Source: Octopus sinensis | Lineage: Eukaryota | DNA length: 64,000 bases | NCBI RefSeq assembly: GCF_006345805.1 | Contig: NC_042999.1 | Span: 165,416,001 to 165,480,000 of the forward strand | Direction: 5' to 3' | Shown here: positions 12,073 through 26,366 of the stretch, one piece after another | Numbering within the stretch: position 1 is the stretch's first letter | Layout of the letters: each line of letters starts with the position of its first letter | Made by a program: the position numbers and the translations under genes | Notes under the pieces: generated by a model | What the model was told of the DNA's origin: nothing | Databases searched by the model: none | Seen by the model: the letters and a program-made list of their open reading frames with translations, nothing else

Positions 12073-12592
12073 CAAATATTTTTGCTATTTCTTTCGTTAC
12101 CCATTATTTTAGAGATGGAACTGGAGACAGTCAACCCCCACCCCAACCCCCTAAACTGACCTTTCCGATTTTTTTTTCACCGGAATCCTATGTTTTCGAT
12201 GACGGAGATTCCGAATATGCATAAAACACGTTTTCAAAATTCGATGCCAGTGCCTGCGGCACGTAAAGAGTACCATTCGAGCGTGATCGATGCCAGTACC
12301 ATCTGACTGGTCCCTGAACCAGTGGAACTTGAAAAGCACCCAGTATACTCTCGGAGTGGTTGGTGTTAGGAAGGGCATCCAGCTGTAGAAACCTTGCCAG
12401 AACAGACTGGAGCCTGATTGCAGCCTCCTGGCTTACCAGTCCTCAGTCAAACCATCCAACCCATGCCAGCATGGAAAGCAGACGTTAAATGATGATGATC
12501 AGGATATACATAATTATGCTATTTGTTACACCATTCAAAGTTTAGGAAAACTTCGTCACTCACTCTCTCACTCCCCCTCTATCTCCCCTCCT

Positions 12593-12670
<78 letters not shown>

Positions 12671-13409
12671 TCTCTCTCTCCACACAAACATGAAATTCAT
12701 TTCGGCGCCAAAAATCGCAAAGGGAAAATGCTTTAGTTTTTCAAATCTATTCTACAATCTGGGATTATTATATATATTATATCCAGTGATTTTAAGGGGT
12801 AGGAAAAAGATATTTTGTTTTAATATTATATTTTTACTTCGTTTCACACACACACATGCAAAAACTCTAATGTGTTTCTTTTTTTTTAGATGAATTTATC
12901 GTTCGTTGTCTCTCCACACACTTCGTTACAACTAACTTCTATAACCTCTGCATTTTCACTTATTCATTTCAAACTTATTCATTTCAAAATCTAGGTAATC
13001 AAATAGTCTTTATTGCTCATTAAAGTGGAAGGCAGTTGGTTTGGCACAATTATTAGGATCACTCTAAGTTTAAACTCCAAATGCTACAAGGTTAACTTTG
13101 CCCTTTATGCTTTCAGGATTGATAAAAATAAAGTACCAGACAATTTCTTGGGTATATAATATAATTGACTATTCCTTTACACGCAAATTTCTGACCTTGT
13201 TCAAGCAAAACAAAATGCAGAAATTACTGATGAATCTTGCTAAATCTATCCACATTATGACTGATTACGCTTCTATAATGATGCAAAGATATATAAAGAT
13301 ATTTCACAATGATTACTAACAGTTACCTGGTTTTTGTTCTGGTCTGCAAGATACTCAACTGTATTCATAAGGCATCTATTGTAATATCTATGTGTCAGAT
13401 CACAATTTC

Positions 13410-13891
13410 AGTGGTTAGGGCAGCAGACTCGCAGTCATAGGATCGTGGTTTCGATTCCAAGACTGGGCATTGTGAGTGTTTATTGAGTGGAAACACCTAA
13501 AGTTCCACGAGGCTCCAACAGGGGGTGGTGGTGAACCCTGCTGTACTCTTTCACCACAACTTTCTCTCACTCTTTCTTCCTGTTTCTGTTGTACCTGTAT
13601 TTCAAAGGGTCAGCCTTGTCACACTCTGTGTCATACTGAATCTCCTCGAGAACTACGTTAAGGGTACATGTGTCTGTGGAGTGCCAGCCACTTGCACATT
13701 AATAAAGGAGCTGCGATGTCACTGGTGCCTAGCTGTATCGGCCCCTTTGCCTTTCCCTTGTATATCATCAGTGGCATGGAGAGGAGAGGCCGGTATGCAT
13801 GGGCGACTGCTGGTCTTCCATAAACAACCTTACCTAGACTTGTGCCTCGGAGGGTAACTTTCTAGGTGCAATCCCATGGTCATTCATGACC
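13410..13891 (+). mobile_element. tRNA-derived SINE (A-box agtggttagg, B-box gtttcgattcc); its 3' end is also present at 25588-25657
   Basis: Pol III box-like motifs at the 5' end. The tail gacttgtgcctcggagggt(a/g)actttctaggtgcaatcccatggtcattcatgaccaaa is shared with 25588-25657. Confidence 0.7.
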
Positions 13892-14394
13892 AAAGAGGGT
13901 CACAACAACAACAACAAGTCACCACTCCTCAATAAAAAAATTCCAACTTGTCATTGCTCTGATGTTTCCTGTTCTCTGGAACAGACATTTCTGGTGATTA
14001 TTAGCTTCATATCCTTTGACTCAGACTCTCCAAAGCCAAATTTTCCAGTGAGTGTTCTAAATTATATTTGGTATTTCTGTTTTCCAACACAATTGCATTT
14101 TTCACCTTAACTCTTGTTATCAAATTTAAACCACATCGAATGGTCTTTATATTTCTGTCTTTCGCTTATTTCATTCTTTGGACTATGACCATACAGGGCC
14201 ATTGACTTGAAGGATTTAGTTTAACAAATCGCCTCCAGGACTTATTTTTAAGCTTGGTATGTATTCTATCAGTATCTTTCTACTGAACAGCTAAGCTATG
14301 GGGATATAAACAAACTAACACTGGTTGTCAGTGTTTGGGAACAAACACAAAGACACAAATACACTCACATGCATTCATTCATTCATACATACTT

Positions 14395-15433
14395 AATGGC
14401 TGTCCACTTGTGACTGAGAAAAACCATTACTGACCTTTAGGAACATAGTGCACTCAAGGCTACCTTATACTTTATACTTGCAGCTCCGTTGGTGACTAGT
14501 GAGTCCTGCTCTTGACAAACATATATGATTGCAGACTAAGCTTTTCCCATTCATTACATTAGCAGTGCATTTTCGAGCAGCACACTTAAATTCTTCATGA
14601 AGAATACATGCTCTTTCAAAAGTATCGACTTCCCCCTTTACCTATTCCCTCCATTCATGGTGATGCTCTCCCAGTTAGCCTCCCACATTTTACAGGCCTT
14701 TAATGAGGACTTTACACAGCCCTTAAGTCACAGTCTTGGCTTCTGCCGGTGTTGCTTTCCACCAACAAGTTCCCCATATAGTATCTGTTGAGGGATTCTG
14801 TTATCATTCATTCTGGAGTTTTTAAGGTCCAGCCAACATTCAGAATGTGTCTCAGACATCTTTGATGGAAGCATTCAAGGACCTTTACGTGACGTTTGTA
14901 AAGGGTCCATGACTCACATGAGTAAAGGTCCTGTGATTTGGTGGTGATCACATCACACAATCCCTTCATGAACTTATTAGTGTAATCTGGGGGATAGTGC
15001 AATGCCTAAGAATTGGAAGGATGCAATTATTTTTCCTCTTTATAAAGGAAACAGAGCCAGAGTAGAGTGTGGAAACTACAGAGGTATTGCGCTACTATCA
15101 GCTGCTGGCAAGGTTGTGGCAAGTATTCTTCTTACTTGCCTGAATAGGTATCTTGTAAATGATGTCCTATCTGAATCTCAATGTGGTTTCCAACCTGGAA
15201 GAGGAACGATGGATATGATTTTCACACTGAGACAGATGCAGAAGAAGTGATATGAGCAGAATATGGATCTTGTCCAGGTATTCGTTGATTTAACCAAGGT
15301 CTTTGATACTGTGAATAGGGCCTCCCTATGGAAAATATTTGGCAAACTTGGATGCCCCGTATCAGTTTGTAACAATAATCAAATCATTTCATAATGGGAT
15401 GGAAGCTTGGGTCAATGTTTGTGGTAGCATGGT
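14395..15433 (-). mobile_element. RTE-clade LINE, 5'-truncated with an inverted 5' segment, nested in a SINE
   Basis: Minus strand 14940->14395: YSCESWTLYKRHVKVLECFHQRCLRHIL...RIPQQILYGEL...C-terminal C/H finger, then the tail. Plus strand 14941-15433: LHELISVIW..MPKNWKDAIIFPLYKG...CGNYRGIALL...QCGFQPGRGTMDMIF...FVDLTKVFDTVNR (RT domains 0-3). Confidence 0.85.
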
Positions 15434-16149
15434 CACACACACATTGCACACACAACAGGGCTCTTTCAGTTTCCATCTCGCAAATCCACTCACAAGGTTA
15501 TGATTGGCCCAGGGCTATAATAGAAGACACTTGCCTGAGGTGATACACTGTAGAACTGGAGCCAGAACCATATAGTTGAAAAGCAAGCTTCTCACCACAA
15601 AATCAAACCTGCACCTAATACAGTTTTACAAATAATCTGAAATTATGCCAAAAGGCAATTTGGTGATAATTATATGTTTTTAAATGCAATATATTTTCAC
15701 ACTTTGATAGAAATGAAATGGAAAGATAATCACAGGTTTAAAGAATTGCTGTATTTTCTCAACCATTATGTTATTTCTTAGCAACAGCCATCTATAAAAG
15801 TAAAGTTATTGTTTGACTGTAATTGTCAATCAATATAATTAAAATAATTTTCATAATTGCAACAGCAAATGTTCATAATTTTTTTTTCACCTTTGAAGTC
15901 TACTTCAGATTCTATGTTCTCTTAGAACATAGACCCAACATGTGTCGACCACATAATGACTTGGTTTCAGACATCTTCTGATATAATTAATTGTTCTGGT
16001 TACCATGCTTATTTACAGAGATTGAACCAACTATTGCAGATGAAAAAGCTATATTAATTCAATACAAGCATTTTAAGGCCCTTTTCCTTGCTTAGCCTTG
16101 TGGATCCCTGTGACATATATAGTTTGACCTGTCCTCAACATAATTTTTC

Positions 16150-16500
16150 TCTCAATCCTCTTACCTTCATCTTCTCTTCTATCATTCTTGGTTTTCCCCT
16201 TCTTCCTTCCACATTTGTTACCATCTCTCTTCTTACCCAGTCACTTTCATCCTTTCTCAGCACATGACCCAACCACTTCATCCCATTTCTCTTCACAATA
16301 TTCATCACTGTGTTCCCATCATTTTCTGCAATTAGTTATCTTACCTCCACCTCACCTCAATCTTACTCCACTCATCCATTGAACCATTCCCATTTCATTA
16401 CCCATGTCTCAACCCCATTAACCATAGTAATAATATTTTCATGCATGCATCATACACCTCCCTTCAGTTTCAGTGACACTCCCTTCCTCATTCCAATAGA
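16150..16500 (-). mobile_element. Highly degenerate RTE-like LINE 3' fragment
   Basis: Minus-strand remnants NGVETW...KWLGHVLRKDESDWVRR..VEGRRGKPR, with many stops. Confidence 0.5.
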
Positions 16501-17099
16501 TTAGTTTATGACTTCGTACATATATTGCATTGACAAAGTGTTTGAAACTCCAGAATATCCATTAATGATAATACTGAAAATGACTTTTGAAAAGATGAGA
16601 TGATAACATGTGGTGTGTTATAGTAGCTGAGTGGTCCATTGTGCAGCATTCATGAAACAACTCTCTAAGATGACAATTGTAACCTGAAAAATGAATTTCT
16701 TGTTTGGTACAGCTTATTTTCATGGCTGGCACAATTAAGCTATTGAACGAGCAGTGAAAATCATAGGAAACTAGAGAATTATAAAAGAGGTGAGTGCTAT
16801 TATACAAACTTTAAAGCTTTAATATTATCATAAATCTTGAAAGAGCTCTATTTTTTATATTTTTTGTTTTTCTAGAGGTCTTTGTCTAACATAGGAGCAT
16901 TATATTTCAACAATAAGCAATTTCATGTAGTAATTATTATATATAAATATCAATACGTGTGTGTGTGTGTTTGAAGACAATTGCAATACAGACTTTATAA
17001 TAATCTCCTAAACTACAAAGATATTTTGATTCTTCAGCAATATCAGGAGTAGACATATTTCAGTTTTATTATGATCTCATCTGTTGCATTAGCTGTCGG

Positions 17100-17830
17100 A
17101 TCTGGGATATATTCCGCTGCTTCATGAGGATTCGGAGATGGTCTGAGATTGACTTCATACCAATCCCAAAGTCAGGAAACCTCACCGCATTGTCCAATAT
17201 TTCACTCAAAGTCATAAACTGAATGATCTTTTGCAAATGTTAAGAAAACAGAATGCATGCCTTTCAGCCAATCAAGTGATGCTGAACTGTTTGTGCTGAG
17301 TGGTTCCAAATTGTATGTTGCTGAAAACTTCAAGCACTTAAATGTTTGGGTGAGCATTTTGGAAGCAGACATCAAGATCAGGAAGGCAAGGACAACCTAT
17401 CACAAACTAAAGAAGGTCTGGAACTCCAAATGTCCCAGGCAAATCAAAATCAATCTGTTCATTATAACTGTCAGATCAGTGCTATTATATGGCAGTGAAA
17501 CATGGACACCGACAAAGAAATGATCAAATGTGCTAAATGGATGTTACATAAGGATGCTATGAATGGTCCTAAATGTGAAATGGCAGCAAGATATAAATGA
17601 ATGCCTTTATGGAGGCCCGCGAAAGCTTGTGAGAAGATCAGGCAAAGACTACTGCGACTATCTGGATCACTGCATGCACTGCCCTGAATTGTTAACATCC
17701 AAATTAATGCTGGGGAACCTACTTCATGGTGATGTAAAAAGAAACGGTCGTCCCACTTACATTGACAACTTGATTGCAAACATTGGCCTGGAATGTATCT
17801 AGGATCTCAAGGCAGTAATAATGGACTGAC
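17100..17830 (+). mobile_element. Degenerate RTE-clade LINE 3' fragment
   Basis: ORF 17257-17523 ends KIRKARTTYHKLKKVWNSK...INLFIITVRSVLLYGSETWT. Downstream frames give the MLRM.LNVKWQQ / GHC / GRPT motifs. Confidence 0.75.
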
Positions 17831-19738
17831 AAGTGGGGCAGGTAGACTTTGTTGCTGTGGCTCAGGTTGAAACCCAGCCATAATAACAAAAAAAACAACA
17901 TGATAAAGAAGTAGACTAGATGTATTTTTGTATATTCCTCAAGTTTCTACCTACAAATATGTTCAGAAGTTGTTGAAATTATCTCATATTACTCCAGGCT
18001 TCATAAAATAAGTTCTTCTAATGCACTGGTCCATATCAGTTGAGTTAACATATTTTATTGGTTTCAAATTTTGCCAGCAAATTTGGGGAGGGATTAAGTC
18101 AATTAAATTGATTCAATGCTTAACTGGTGCATATTTTATTGACCCCAAAGGGATGAAAGACAAAGCTGAACTTGGCAGAATCTGAACTTAGAACAACATG
18201 AAGATGGGCGAAATGCCACCAAGCATTTTGCCTGGCATGTTAACAATTCTACTAGCTCACCACCTTAGTTAATATTTCATATTATTATCATTTACACTAA
18301 ACCATCCTTAAACTACAATCTATTCAAGAAGCCAAAAAGAATATATTAAAAACAACGAATGTAAAAAGCCTCAGCATTAAGTTCACTCTTCTTGAATATA
18401 CTGACCTAATCCATTTTACAAACACCTCACACACCGCTCTGACTACCCTGTAATCTATGTTGTTGTCAAAGTGATATGTGATTCCATTGATCATTATTTC
18501 AAGTTTGTATATGTTAGACAGATTCTTAATCAGACTGATTAAGAACAGGTGCAAGCAATGAGATAAGAAAAGGAAACTGAGTTTTTGGAATCCATTGCTT
18601 GTTACAGCAAGGTAAGGGAATCAGTTTGGAGAATCAGTTGGTTACGACAAATGAAATTAAAGTTGAAAACGAACAACTGAAAGTGAATGAAAATGAATAT
18701 AGAAGTAAAAATATACATGAAAGTAAATCCTATAGCGAAATATATTGGTTTCAAATTTTGGCCATCATCCCCAGTTCTCAACTGATGCTTATTTTATTGA
18801 CCCCAAAAGGATGAAAGCCAAAGTCAACCTTGGAGGAATTTCAACTCAAAACATAAAGAAGGACGAAATGCAGCTAAACATTTTGCCCGGCTTGCTAATG
18901 ATTCTGTCAGCTCACCAGCTTCTGTATGGAGAGATGTGTTAATAGAAAAATGAAGCATCTTTTATCTTTTACTTGTTTCAGTCATTGGACTGCAGCCATG
19001 CTAGGACATTGCCTTGAAGGGCATATGTATACACATGCACACACATACACAAAGGACTTCCTCAGAGTTTCTGTCTATGAAGTTCACTCACAACACATTG
19101 GTCAGTATAGAGATATAGTACAAGATACTTACTCAAGAGGCCATGCAGTGGGACTGAACCAAATTGAGTTGGTACTTATTTTTTATTTCTGATACTTATA
19201 GTATTAGTTACTTTTACCGAACCACAGGGACATAAACAAATCAACACCTGTTGTCAAGCAATGGTGGTGGTGGGTTGGTGGTTGAGATAAACATAGCACA
19301 AAGACATGCAAATATAAATACAAAACACACCACACATGCATGTACATTTATATATTCAGTCATTTGACTGTAGCCATGCTGGAGCATGGCCTTGAAGGGT
19401 TTTAGCCGAAATAGATCAACCCCAGGTCTTGTTTTTTAAGACCTAGTACTTATTCTATCAGTCTCTTTTGCCAAACCACTAAGTTACAGGAGACACACAC
19501 ACCAACACTGGTTATCGAGCAGTGATGGGATGACAAACACAGATACATAGATGTATACATATACATATATATGACGGGCTTCTTTCAGTTTCCATCTGCC
19601 AAATCCACTCATAAGGCTTTGGCCGGCCCAAGGCCGTAGTAGAAGACACTTGCCCAAGGTGGTGCACAGTGGGACTGAACCCAGAACCATGTGGTTGGGA
19701 TGTATGCTTCTTACCACACAGCTATGCCTGCACCTTCA

Positions 19739-19811
<73 letters not shown>

Positions 19812-21953
19812 ATTTGACATGGGCGATTCTGTCTTGTCTTGGGATTCGCGGTCAAACAGCTGGGTGGAATTGCATGAAAAATTACACAGATGTGTAGAAT
19901 GATCCGGTGTTGATGCTGGGCTTTGTATTTTTTCATAGTTTCCATGGTTACCGAGATAATCTACTATAATAATACTCTTGTGTTTATGAATGAGAAAGGA
20001 AGGAGTGATAGCCGAATAAGGGAGGAAGGAGTGATGTCATGCTTGGTGGTGCACACTGAAAAAAATAAATCAAACAATGTTTCAACTTTGTGTGAATATA
20101 TGTGTATGTAAAAGGGGGGTTATGTGAATGTGTGCGCATATGCAATGGAAGTGGGATGGTTCATCTTTGTTCACTTAGTATTTCGGTTTATTTTTTGATT
20201 TGGTTGAATCTTGGTTGCTTTTTTTTGTTGTTGGTCAATTATTTTTAGCATTTTGACAGAAAAAAAGTCATTCTAAAATTGTTTTTTAATGTAAGCATGT
20301 CCAAACAAGTTGAATGCTTACACAGAGCAGGTTTTATAGCTACATCATCCAAACCGACCAGGTGAAAACGCGCTTAGCTGCTAGTATATATATTTATATA
20401 TACATATTACATTATATAATTAGGGTTCAGTAAAAAAAAGAACTTTACCACACACCGAACTTTTAGAAATAGCAGCCAAAAGATTTTAGCTATTTCTTCT
20501 ACTATAAGAAAAGTCTCCCAGACAATGTATACTCAAAAATAATTCACGTAGGTATAGAGGGAAAAATAACGAAAGATCACACGTATGTAAGATTACCTGA
20601 GAACACCGTTTCTGGATTAGTTGGATAAAGAGATGCTAGAAATACATACTCCTATCAACATTTCCGTCATCAGCCCAAGATTTCGTTAGGTTTAAATTTG
20701 AGAGCACTAAAAATCGAACATACCCGTCTGATATGAGTAATCCCAGACAAACCATCTTCGACCGATAGTACTAACAAATTCAAAAAGTAAAAATGAGGCT
20801 TTGCATTCTTCCCCTTCCACCCACATGAGTTATAGAGCAACAAATTCCTAGAGAGAGAACAGTAGTTCAATACACACGCACACACACAAAGGACTTCCTC
20901 AGAGTTTCTGTCTATGAAGTTCACTCACAACACATTGGTCAGCATAGAGATATAGTACAAGATACTTATTCAAGAGGCCATGCAGTGGGACTGAACCCCA
21001 AACCACATAGCTTCAAAGGATGCTTCTTAACCACACAGCCCTAGCTATAAAAAAATTCATCTAAAGTCATGAAAAAAAATTTAACTACCATATTCTCCAG
21101 CATACAAGACAAATTCTCCCAACCAAAATTTACAACCAAAATAAGGCAGGTGGTCAACTTACACCAAGACCACTTTGGAGAACCAAAATTTCTATGTAAA
21201 ATACAACAGGATTTGGAAAGATAGTGATGATGTTTAAATGTTTACACTATAAACTACATTGATTTGTATGTTGGAATTTACTGTAATAAAAATGTAGGAA
21301 AGTAAAGATTATTTTTAAACAAGCTAGCAAAATAAACTATTTTTCAAATAAAAAATTCACTATATTGCTTTTATAGCAGTATAATTCTTCAATTGACAAT
21401 CACTACTATCTCCATTCTATTGCACTTCTTCTAATAAATAATAAATTTAAGTGTGTCTTTGTATTGCTTTCCAATTTTGACACAAGGACAGCAATTTGGG
21501 GGGATGGATAAATCTAAGACATTGACCCCAGTGCTCAACAGGTACTTACCTTATCAACCCTGAAAGGACAAAAGTCGATCCCAGCATACTAACGATTCTG
21601 CCAGCTCACCACCTTAAAGCATGTCTTGATATTGATAAAACAACCACACCATTTGAGTCTAATTCCAATCACTTCAGTCTCAATCAGTAATCTCAAAGAA
21701 CCAAATTTATGTAACTACTTTTCCTCTAATCAAAATGAATACACAGTAGAAACTGACAATGGGGTTTAGGCTTAACAACATAAGAACTCATAACCATCAA
21801 CGGATGTTAAACGATGATGGTGATGAGTTCTTATGTTGTTAAGCCTAACCCCCATTGTCATTTTCTCAAGGGACTCCCACAAACTCTACATCGCCAACAT
21901 TACATTAAATGTAACAACTGCATCTCCTTTAGCAAACTTCCAGCCTTCTTTAA

Positions 21954-22173
21954 CCCTTTTGTTACTAACCTGGCCAAAACCGGCTCTTGCTCTGTGGTAA
22001 AATGTCTTGTTTTCATAAGTTTTGAATTAAAATATTCCACCAATCCTTAGTCAAAATTTACGTTCCTAACACTAACTGAATGATAACTAAGTTATTTTAC
22101 TAAATTCTTTGTTATATTTAAAATAATTGAAAGAAACACAGATCATCTCAAAATAAATACAGTAACGAAAGGG
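21954..22173. mobile_element. piggyBac-type MITE (220 bp)
   Basis: TTAA at 21950-21953 and 22174-22177 flanks TIRs CCCTTTTGTTACT / AGTAACGAAAGGG (12/13 match). No coding capacity. Confidence 0.85.
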
Positions 22174-24940
22174 TTAACTCATCTTTTACTGCAGAAATCA
22201 GATATATCCACTCAAAATTTCATTGTCCTTAACTGCAAATAGCTTTATTTATATACTCATTTATCTTTTGTTGAGGAAGTCATGTTTCAAATTATTTTTC
22301 ATCTGATATTGAGGTCATGTGACTTGCAGAAGGAAAAAGACAATTTTATTTTTGGCAGATATTTAACATCATTGCTGGAAGACCCATGATATTTATCTTC
22401 ACATCATATGTTGTAAGACGTAAATCTTAGGACAGCATGGTGACCAAAAGGATGGGATGGTCATCAACAAACACTGATATGCTAATACTTGACTATAACT
22501 GATGTAGCAGAGCTACATATTACATAGTAATATGTGAGTCAACCTGCACAGCCTCACTTTGATACAGTAGCCTCGTTCTGAGCTACACATTCGAAACTCT
22601 CAGTTCTTGCCAGGCTTTAGTCAGAGACACATGTCTTCTCTGCAGCTCCACGCGCAACTCACATGTCTATTCCCCTTGACACAAGATATATGGTTTGTAA
22701 ATGAAGATATTTTATCACACACACATTCTCATAATGACTGTTTTCATTACATACTGTAATACAAATATTATATGTAACTTATTCAGTGCAAAAGCAAAAA
22801 TCAAAACTTTCTTTGTACGCAAACACACGTTTTTGTATCATCCTCCATGCTTCCACCACAAAAGGTGAACACAGAATAAACAATATATTTATACACAAAA
22901 ATGTCTTATTGTGATTCATACAGTTTTTCCATTTAACAACAGGCACTTGAACAGCCAACGACAGCCGCCGCTATACAGACATGCCAAACACTTTGAATTT
23001 TGATGAGCTGTTTTTAGTCATTGATTGAGTACCTTTGTGTTGAAGATTAGACTAGGCTAGCAAAACATTGCCAAAACATACATTCACTTCAAGTCAGCAC
23101 TGAAAGGGCTTATATCATGCTAGAACTATTCAAAAGTAATTTTCAATTGATTCTGAATTTGTCATTGAAAGGGTTAATTATTTGAAAGAAATACAATCGG
23201 TTATGTGTGAAGTGAGTGGTAAACTTATTTTGAAAATTTAATGATATAAAGTTATTCCTTTTCTGTGTGAGGGTTGATACAGAGTTGTTTCCCTTCTTTT
23301 GTGCCTTTTCACGTTAGGTTCTGAGGTATATTGGAAGTGTTAAATTTGGAAGATTCACACATACAAAAAGAAAGAAGAGAAAGAAAAGGAAAAAATGGTG
23401 GTGGGGGGAGGTAAGCAGCGGAATATAGAGTGGGGCAATGGGCCACATTTTCCAGAACAAGTGGGGTGCTCCACAGGAATTACTGTGACAGCATTGCCAG
23501 AGAGGACATATCAATACCAAGTTGGTAAATAGAGGCTGAGTTGCCAGAGACATACTTCACAGATTCCACTGAAGGCTGGAAAAAGTATCGTAAACAGATT
23601 TTATATATTGATTGATTTATTGATTCATTGATTGACTGATATCAAAAAAAATTTAAAAGGCTCTGGATTGGTAGAATAGTAAGTGTATGGGACCGATACG
23701 CTTTGTAGTCTAGCTGTGTCCCTTTAGATTCTGAATTCAAATCTCTGATTGGCTTTGGCTTTCATTCTTCCGGGGTCGAAAAAATAAATGCCAGTCAAGT
23801 ACTGGATCAATGTAATTGAGTGTTCCCTCCCCACAAAATATGTGTGACCTTGTGCCTATGTAAGAAATCGATATTGAATGTTTAAGTATATAAGCAATAA
23901 AAACAGTGACAATATAATTTCAATTAGGAAGACATTTATATATATAAAAATCAATGTATTTCAAAAATATAATCAATACTCAGATTCAGTCGATCTCTGA
24001 CTGAGGAGAATTAGCTTTTACATGTATAAAATGTCCAATTACAAAACCGTCACTAATTTATATATATTTGTCTTATTCAAAAATGACAAAGGAAGTTGTT
24101 TGGCTATTTATTCCTAATAAAACACACACATCTCATTCATTCTACATACACGAATATACTTCTGATGGAAAATTATATTCCCACGCAGAAAGTAAATATT
24201 TGTTACAGAATGTTTTAGCAAAATTGATTGGTAGTTGTTGGATAATAAATACACCACCATCAATTGTCAAGCAATAGTAGGAGGGACAATCACAGACACA
24301 CAAACATATACAACAGGCTTCTTTCAGCTATTTGAGAGACAGAAGTCAATCTGTTGCAAACAACAATTCCGTTTCAAAAGATACAATAATTTTACATAGA
24401 GTAGCTCAGAGAAGAACGATTATTGCATTCTCTCAAATATTCTTTCAGTTATCTACTCATTCTAGCTATTATGGTGATACAAAAATATCAATGGCAAGCA
24501 AAAGTCTCAATGATATTAAAAAAAACCTCCAGATAGGTCTCAGTGCAATATCCAAGTCAGCTGGGGGAAATATGCAGCTTAATGCTGGAAATTTTGAAGC
24601 ACTTTGCTATCAGCCTTTTATTATACTGCAGCCAGGACACACAGGACCAATACTGTTTGCAATTCCAAAGTCACAGTCTGTGATACATTATACTCAGATG
24701 ATTGGCAGGGTGGGCTCTGAAAATATTTACAACAGAACCAGAAAACCCTGTTAATCTCATGGAAGACATTTGTTCTGTTACCTCAGTTATTTCTCCCAGC
24801 TATCATTACCTATAATATCAAACTGACTGTAAAACCCAAATTCAGAAAGACTTACTCAATTCATAATATGAAATATTGGAAGAGAAAGCTTAGAAAGGTG
24901 AGTTTTAAATAATGATGTGTGTGTATGTATGTATATGAGT

Positions 24941-25390
24941 GCAACTGGTAACATGTAACCCGGTACAACCTGTTGCATGGTCAGGTCGTCGGCGACTAAA
25001 CCGGCAACCCCACCAAGCTTGCTTGGTGAGGAGGGTGTTTATTGGACACTCTGCGGGATGAAAAACAAAACCCGTCAAAGGGCAGAGGAACTCTTGAGAG
25101 TCAACAGCCATCCAATAAATGTCTTAAGGCTGTATCATGCGTGGGGACATAGAAATAATCGGACTGAATACCCGATCGCGGGATTAAACCATTGGGAGTG
25201 AAAGACTCCTAGCCCTTGTTAGGGCATCCTTCTAGGAGAAGGTAACTCAGGTAACTGGGATAACTCCAACATAAAACCTGCAGCTCAGTGGTTACCGATG
25301 ATGTTGACTTGTTCTTCTTTTCGGATTATGGCTGCTGTTGCTTAGTGAGTGGGATTGACTCAGTGCACAGCCTTTCCTCACTTAAAAAAA
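24941..25390 (+). mobile_element. RTE-like 5' leader / non-autonomous element with an HDV-like ribozyme candidate at its 5' end
   Basis: GC-rich island. It contains gggcatccttctaggagaaggtaactc, which resembles (from memory) RTE 5'UTR motifs. See findings for the pseudoknot elements. Confidence 0.45.
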
Positions 25391-25656
25391 ATCTTGTTGC
25401 ACAGGCATTGCACGATAACAACATTGATTAAGCTTTGTGCAATGGCCATACTCGATAACGAGGGGGCAGCCACCATATGAGTGTACAATATGTATGCATG
25501 TTTGTGTGTATGTGTATATATATAAATATGTATGCATGTTTGTGTGTATGTATATATATATATATGTATAAGATATATGTGTATATATCTGGACTTGTGC
25601 CTCGGAGGGTGACTTTCTAGGTGCAATCCCATGGTCATTCATGACCAAAAGGGGTC

Positions 25657-25689
<33 letters not shown>

Positions 25690-25707
25690 TCACATACACA
25701 TGTCTAC

Positions 25708-25741
<34 letters not shown>

Positions 25742-26151
25742 TATATGCGTGTGTGTGTGTGTAAGATACTGAAAGAAGTGACATCAAACTTTGTTCAGAT
25801 CTATTTCAATCCACAAAGTATGTTTTGCTGCATAGTACCAAAGTTCTTCACCTAGAGTTAAGACCAGGTTCTGCTAAAGGATTAGTTTATAAAAGTCTAC
25901 AAGTTTTCTATATCTTGCCAAAATACTTTTGGGAGCACCATGGATGTGTATTATGACATATTGAAGCAATACTAAGAGTTTAACTGCCCAAGATCCGTGA
26001 AAAAAGTACATATAAAAGAAACAGAATTCATTGACACACCAGATACTACCAACAGAAACTAAGTTGTAGCATGACTGATTATAGCTCAGTCGTAGATTAT
26101 AGCGCAATCGTAGTAAATATATATGTAGTATATATATATATGAGAGTGCAA

Positions 26152-26366
26152 AGGCGGCGAGCTGGCAGAGTGGTAGGCATGCCGTGCGAAATGCGTAGCC
26201 GTATTTCGTCAGTCGTTACATTCTGAGTTCAAATTCCGCAGAGGTCGACTTTGCCTTTCATCCTTTCGGGGTCGATAAATAAAGTACCAGTCTCGCACTG
26301 GGGTCTATGTAATTGACTTAATCCCTTTGTCTGTCCTTGTTTGGCCCCTTGTGGGTAGTAAAGAAA
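26152..26366 (+). mobile_element. tRNA-derived SINE family B (representative copy)
   Basis: The consensus ggcggcgagctggcaga...ttctgagttcaaattcc...gtcgactttgcctttcatcctttcggggtcgataaa recurs at about 18075, 18760, 21490, 23680, 32860, 37780, 42961, 43180, 43410, 45940, 55140, 55430 and 56195, in both orientations. Confidence 0.9.

Noticed and set aside
18324-18814. ORFs 18324-18554 (-) and 18599-18814 (+) as possible exons
   Set aside because: No recognisable domain, no convincing splice-site pair, and the second runs into a SINE.
19669-19945. YI/IY/TH/VC-repeat ORFs here and at 25378-25855, 26482-26809, 27378-27802, 46907-47183, 51450-51799 and 63797-63997
   Set aside because: Translations of (TA)n, (CA)n and (TACA)n microsatellites.
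24332-24754. 140-aa plus-strand ORF
   Set aside because: No clear motif. Composition suggests a decayed LINE or random open frame. No splice support.
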